From: Curvularia clavata
Lineage: Eukaryota
DNA: 64,000 nt
Assembly (NCBI GenBank): GCA_023920165.1
Contig: CP089274.1
Span: 434,001-498,000 of the forward strand
Reading direction: 5' to 3'
Position numbers and translations under genes: made by a program
The notes under the pieces: model-generated
Seen by the model: only the letters and a program-made list of their open reading frames with translations
Database searches by the model: none
Told to the model about the DNA's origin: nothing
Shown: in pieces, positions 60,442 to 64,000 of the stretch
Layout: each line of letters opens with the position of its first letter
Numbering within the stretch: position 1 is the stretch's first letter

Positions 60442-60864
60442 GCAGGGTGGGACTCTCCAATTGTACCAAATAGCTACATACATTAGACATGTAGATGGAA
60501 TGGCGGCCGAGAGCATGTCTTTACAGCGTAGCAAGAGCAGTAATATCGACAGCCTTTCCCGCAAGCGTTCCACTGCATATGTGCCTTCCCGTGAATTTAG
60601 CTCTGCAAGGGCCTAGCAACTTAGCGCTGATGTTCGAACTATCAACGGGAAGCATGAGGCTCCACAATTACCGAAAGCAAGGCACGCGATGAATGAGGCT
60701 CGGCCCGCTCGACCTCCGACAACGTCGTCATACTCGACAAGTCATCACCACGTCCCCCAACATGGAAACTCAGCATACACTCGCGCGCAAAGAGCCAATT
60801 GGACCTGGCGGGTGAGCGGCCACTCAAAAAGAGGCGGAAGTAACCCCAAAGACTCAAAGAAATC

Positions 60865-61569
60865 ATGTTGCGACGAACTCTCCTACGACCGCCTGCGCGT
60901 CTACCAACACCATCTCAATGCGCCGTCCGCAACCACCGTCTTCGCCACTACACGACACCCAGCTCTCCTCCCACCTCGCAATCGCAATCGCGAATCCAGC
61001 GCTTCAACCGGCGCCTCCCCAAATTCCTTCACAAATACACCAATGCGCTCGGCAATGCACCCGTCACACACATAACTTCCTTCCTTATCCTACACGAACT
61101 CACTGCCGTAATCCCTCTCTTCGGTCTCGCCGGCTACTTCCACTACACACATTGGCTTCCGCCCTTTGTCGCAGAAGGCGCATGGGTCGCCGCGGGCGTC
61201 GAGCGCTTCGGACGGTATTTCCGGCGTAAGGGCTGGATTCGAAGTGAGGAGGCGGATGAGGCGGAGAGGGAGGTGGATGAGATGAGGAAGATGAGGGGCG
61301 TGGACAAAGCGTGGAAGGTGGGCGAGGGTGGGGTGAGGTTGGTGGTGGAATTTGCGACGGCGTATGCGGTGGTCAAGATGTTGTTGGTGCCGAGGATTGT
61401 GTTTAGTGTGTGGGCGACGCCGGGGTTTGCGAGGGGCGTGGTGGCGCCGGTTCTCAGGCGGTTTAGGGGAGTTTTTGGACGGAAGAAGGTAGCGGAGAGG
61501 GGAGTGGAGGGGGCAGGTACGGGGGCTGTGGGAGGCGGTGTGACGAAGAGTAGTTCGGGGAAGAGTTGA
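60865..61569 (+). CDS. MRX11: Mitochondrial FLILHELTA-family protein (MIOREX component Mrx11-like)
   Basis: Arg-rich presequence-like N-terminus, the literal SFLILHELTAVIPL motif and ATAYAVVKMLLVPRI. Confidence 0.8.
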   Translation: MLRRTLLRPPARLPTPSQCAVRNHRLRHYTTPSSPPTSQSQSRIQRFNRRLPKFLHKYTNALGNAPVTHITSFLILHELTAVIPLFGLAGYFHYTHWLPPFVAEGAWVAAGVERFGRYFRRKGWIRSEEADEAEREVDEMRKMRGVDKAWKVGEGGVRLVVEFATAYAVVKMLLVPRIVFSVWATPGFARGVVAPVLRRFRGVFGRKKVAERGVEGAGTGAVGGGVTKSSSGKS

Positions 61570-61897
61570 GGATGTTGAGGAAAGCAGGATCACTCTGTAC
61601 GTGATGAGCTTTTCTTCTTCTGCTTTGCTCTTGAGATTGTGGCTGCTTTTGGGCTTGTCTTGAAGGAAAGCAAAATCTCTTGAAGCCTATCCAGAACTTT
61701 ATGCGTGGTAAGCGTTTCTTGCGAACTCTCGATGTTGTTGTTGCTCGAGAAATTGAGAGAAAGGTCTGAATCGTCCTCCCGTCTTCACTTACACGTCATG
61801 GGTCTCCGTTTGCGTCCTTGTCTCCCTGTTGTCCCGTCCTTCTCACTTTATTCGTCTTCAGTCTTATTCAGTTCCTCCTACACATATAGCCAACACC

Positions 61898-63278
61898 ATG
61901 TGCTTCAACGCCTGCGACGATTACGAGTACGAATCCAGAGTCGAAGTCCGCAATGGGCAGCGATACTACACAACCGACTACTATCCAGGCCTGGGCATGT
62001 GTCGTAGGCGTAGATTTGGGTTTGGCGGCCCATACTACCCTTCTCGATACTACGCACACCCGCCGAGTGGTCGCTATGCGAGCAGTATGATCGCTCAATA
62101 CGGCAGTGGCTACTCTCATGCCCCAGTCCCACGAGGCTTTGTCCGAGGCTACCCAGGCTATGCCTCTGGTTACGCATATGGAACAGGATATCACATCGGC
62201 GCTCGCGCTGTTATGCCGGTCAATTCTGCAATGGTAAGTTTGTGCTCTTTCCTGCGTCCGATTGCGCTTCTTGCTGCCTTTCCTCCACCACACCGCTGCC
62301 TTGCTCGGCCATTGTCGGCCCTTGCGATGTGAAAGACATCACGTGGGCCTCAATTCCCGTTCTCAACACGCAACACTCGTCTTTTGTTTGTCTGATGCGC
62401 CCTCACATTGGCCTTCACCTTGCCTCTTTCCTTGCTTGACCGCACTACGCGCTCTCATCCCTACCCAGCCCATCTCCTTCCTTGAATATCACCGCACTCA
62501 TTCACATCCCCACTGCTTTACCAATTGCCGAGCACCCGCCACCGCAATGGAACAGTACCCGAAGCCTCGCCATCAGTACATCTACAACCCCCGCTATGGT
62601 CAGCGAGGCGTTCTCACCTACGCTGGCCAGGCTCCCAATGGTGCCGCGCCCGCTGGCGTTATCGGAGCCGGCTATGGCTTGGGCATTGGCTATCCCGGTG
62701 TCGTTGCTGGTGTAGCCCCTGGCTATGGGGTGGGTGCTTATCAACCTGCGGTATACAACACTCGTCCCTTTTTCCAACATACTTACACCAGTTACTATCA
62801 TCCTTATCTGAGCGGTGGTTATGGCTATTACAATTACAACCTGTATGGCTCGCTATATCCACTTTCTAACTTTTATTTCCCTTACCAGAGGACCTACTAT
62901 ACCACTGCCCCCAGCTACGGCTACACAGCACATGTATATCCACCCGGACCGGCCGCCTACCATGTCACGAACGCTCAAGTCCCCGCTTATGCCTCACCCG
63001 CTGCACATGTAGTAAGGGAAACGAGGCCCGCCTATTCTTCACGAGTCTCGACACGCGAAGATATTCAGATGGAAAACCGCCGCATCGCAACTGAGCGCGG
63101 TGCCTACAGTCCGCGAAGGATACGGCCGGCAGATGCTCGCGATGACGACCCGTTTTGGTGCCGAGAGGTCAATGGCGAGTGGCATCTTCGCTCCTACTAT
63201 CAGATCGAAAACGAGTGTCATCCCGGTCGGTGGATGATGGATGCCGAGATTGGTTTCTTGGTCTTTCATCGCGCGTAG
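61898..63278 (+). CDS. Tyr/Gly/Pro-rich low-complexity hypothetical protein with a small Trp/Cys-containing C-terminal domain, probably 2 exons
   Basis: ATG at 61898 (caccATG). A phase-0 donor ATG|GTAAGT at 62234 and acceptor CAG at 62468 join in frame with the 62262-63278 ORF. It could alternatively be two genes, the second starting at MEQYP. Confidence 0.6.
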
Positions 63279-64000
63279 ACGCAAGTTAACTCGGGCGTAC
63301 GGCACTGTCTGCAGTAATACTCGGACACTACCGCCGAGACAAGGAGTGTAGTCGGCTCGCTCTATCTGCAGTGTGTTTGTCGAGATACACGCGGCCCTCT
63401 CGTCTTATGTTCTGCCTTTCTATTTACGGATACCCTTTCTTTTTTTCTTTTTTTTTTAAATCTGGCATTCAATAGCATCGGGGACTCATCATATTGGCGC
63501 CTGGAGTTCGAATGGGGGTGCAGATGCAAAGCAAGTCTTTTGGAATCCAAATTAATACAACCCGCAAGACCTGAATCCCAGCTACAACAACGTGAACATC
63601 AAGGAAATTCCTGATCCCAGCTGCAACTTCGGCACTGCTTCCACTGGCCTGAGAGATGAAGTGGCGTGAAAATAAGAGATGTACGAAGTAGAGTAGTAAT
63701 ATAAAAAATGATTTGCTTCGAGGTCATCCTTGCATTTGAGTCTTTTGCTCATTGCATAGGGTTCCATAAGTAATACCCAAGGCTTCGAGCCGTACGACAG
63801 GTAGGAGCTGTCTAAACTCAGTATGTCGATATCAAACGAATTGTGCTCTTGGATTGGTGTGCGAGATATTGTGCGAGATATCCAAATCAATTTTCAGGTG
63901 CATCAATTGGCCGAGGTGAGATGGCTGGTAAAGCATTACTGGACCAGCAATTATTTGCCAAAGAAAAGAAAAGAAAAGAAAAACCAACAACCATAAGAAA

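Overview
Eukaryotic, intron-containing fungal genomic DNA from a filamentous ascomycete. GT-AG introns with CTRAC/CTAAC branch sites are seen throughout; a Dothideomycete/Pleosporales-like origin is an inference. I can support about 25 genes. Conserved housekeeping genes (ADE6, AMACR-like CoA-transferase, acid ceramidase-like, mitochondrial bL27/MRP7, VPS1, VMA1, MPP6-like, STE23/insulysin, MRX11-like) alternate with accessory blocks. These hold a Gly-rich secreted repeat protein, an MFS pump, an FAD oxidase, a PTH11-like receptor, a small 8-Cys secreted protein, a HET-domain protein, an SDR and two transcription-factor-like genes. The main result is a head-to-head gene pair at 48882-52655 that the ORF track hides because of introns. 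One gene is an NB-ARC/TPR NLR receptor whose 94-nt first exon encodes only a short motif (TVSFRDKNYGIQGGIINGNV). The other is a HeLo-like/SesA-type effector ending in a matching motif (TVTFGDGNSGLQTGVLHGGV). This is the architecture of a fungal NLR-amyloid-signalling cell-death module with a PP/RHIM-like motif variant. Its 126-bp TPR array shows hypervariable positions and RIP-type changes. Exon boundaries were read by eye, and all family calls come from motif recognition, not database searches.
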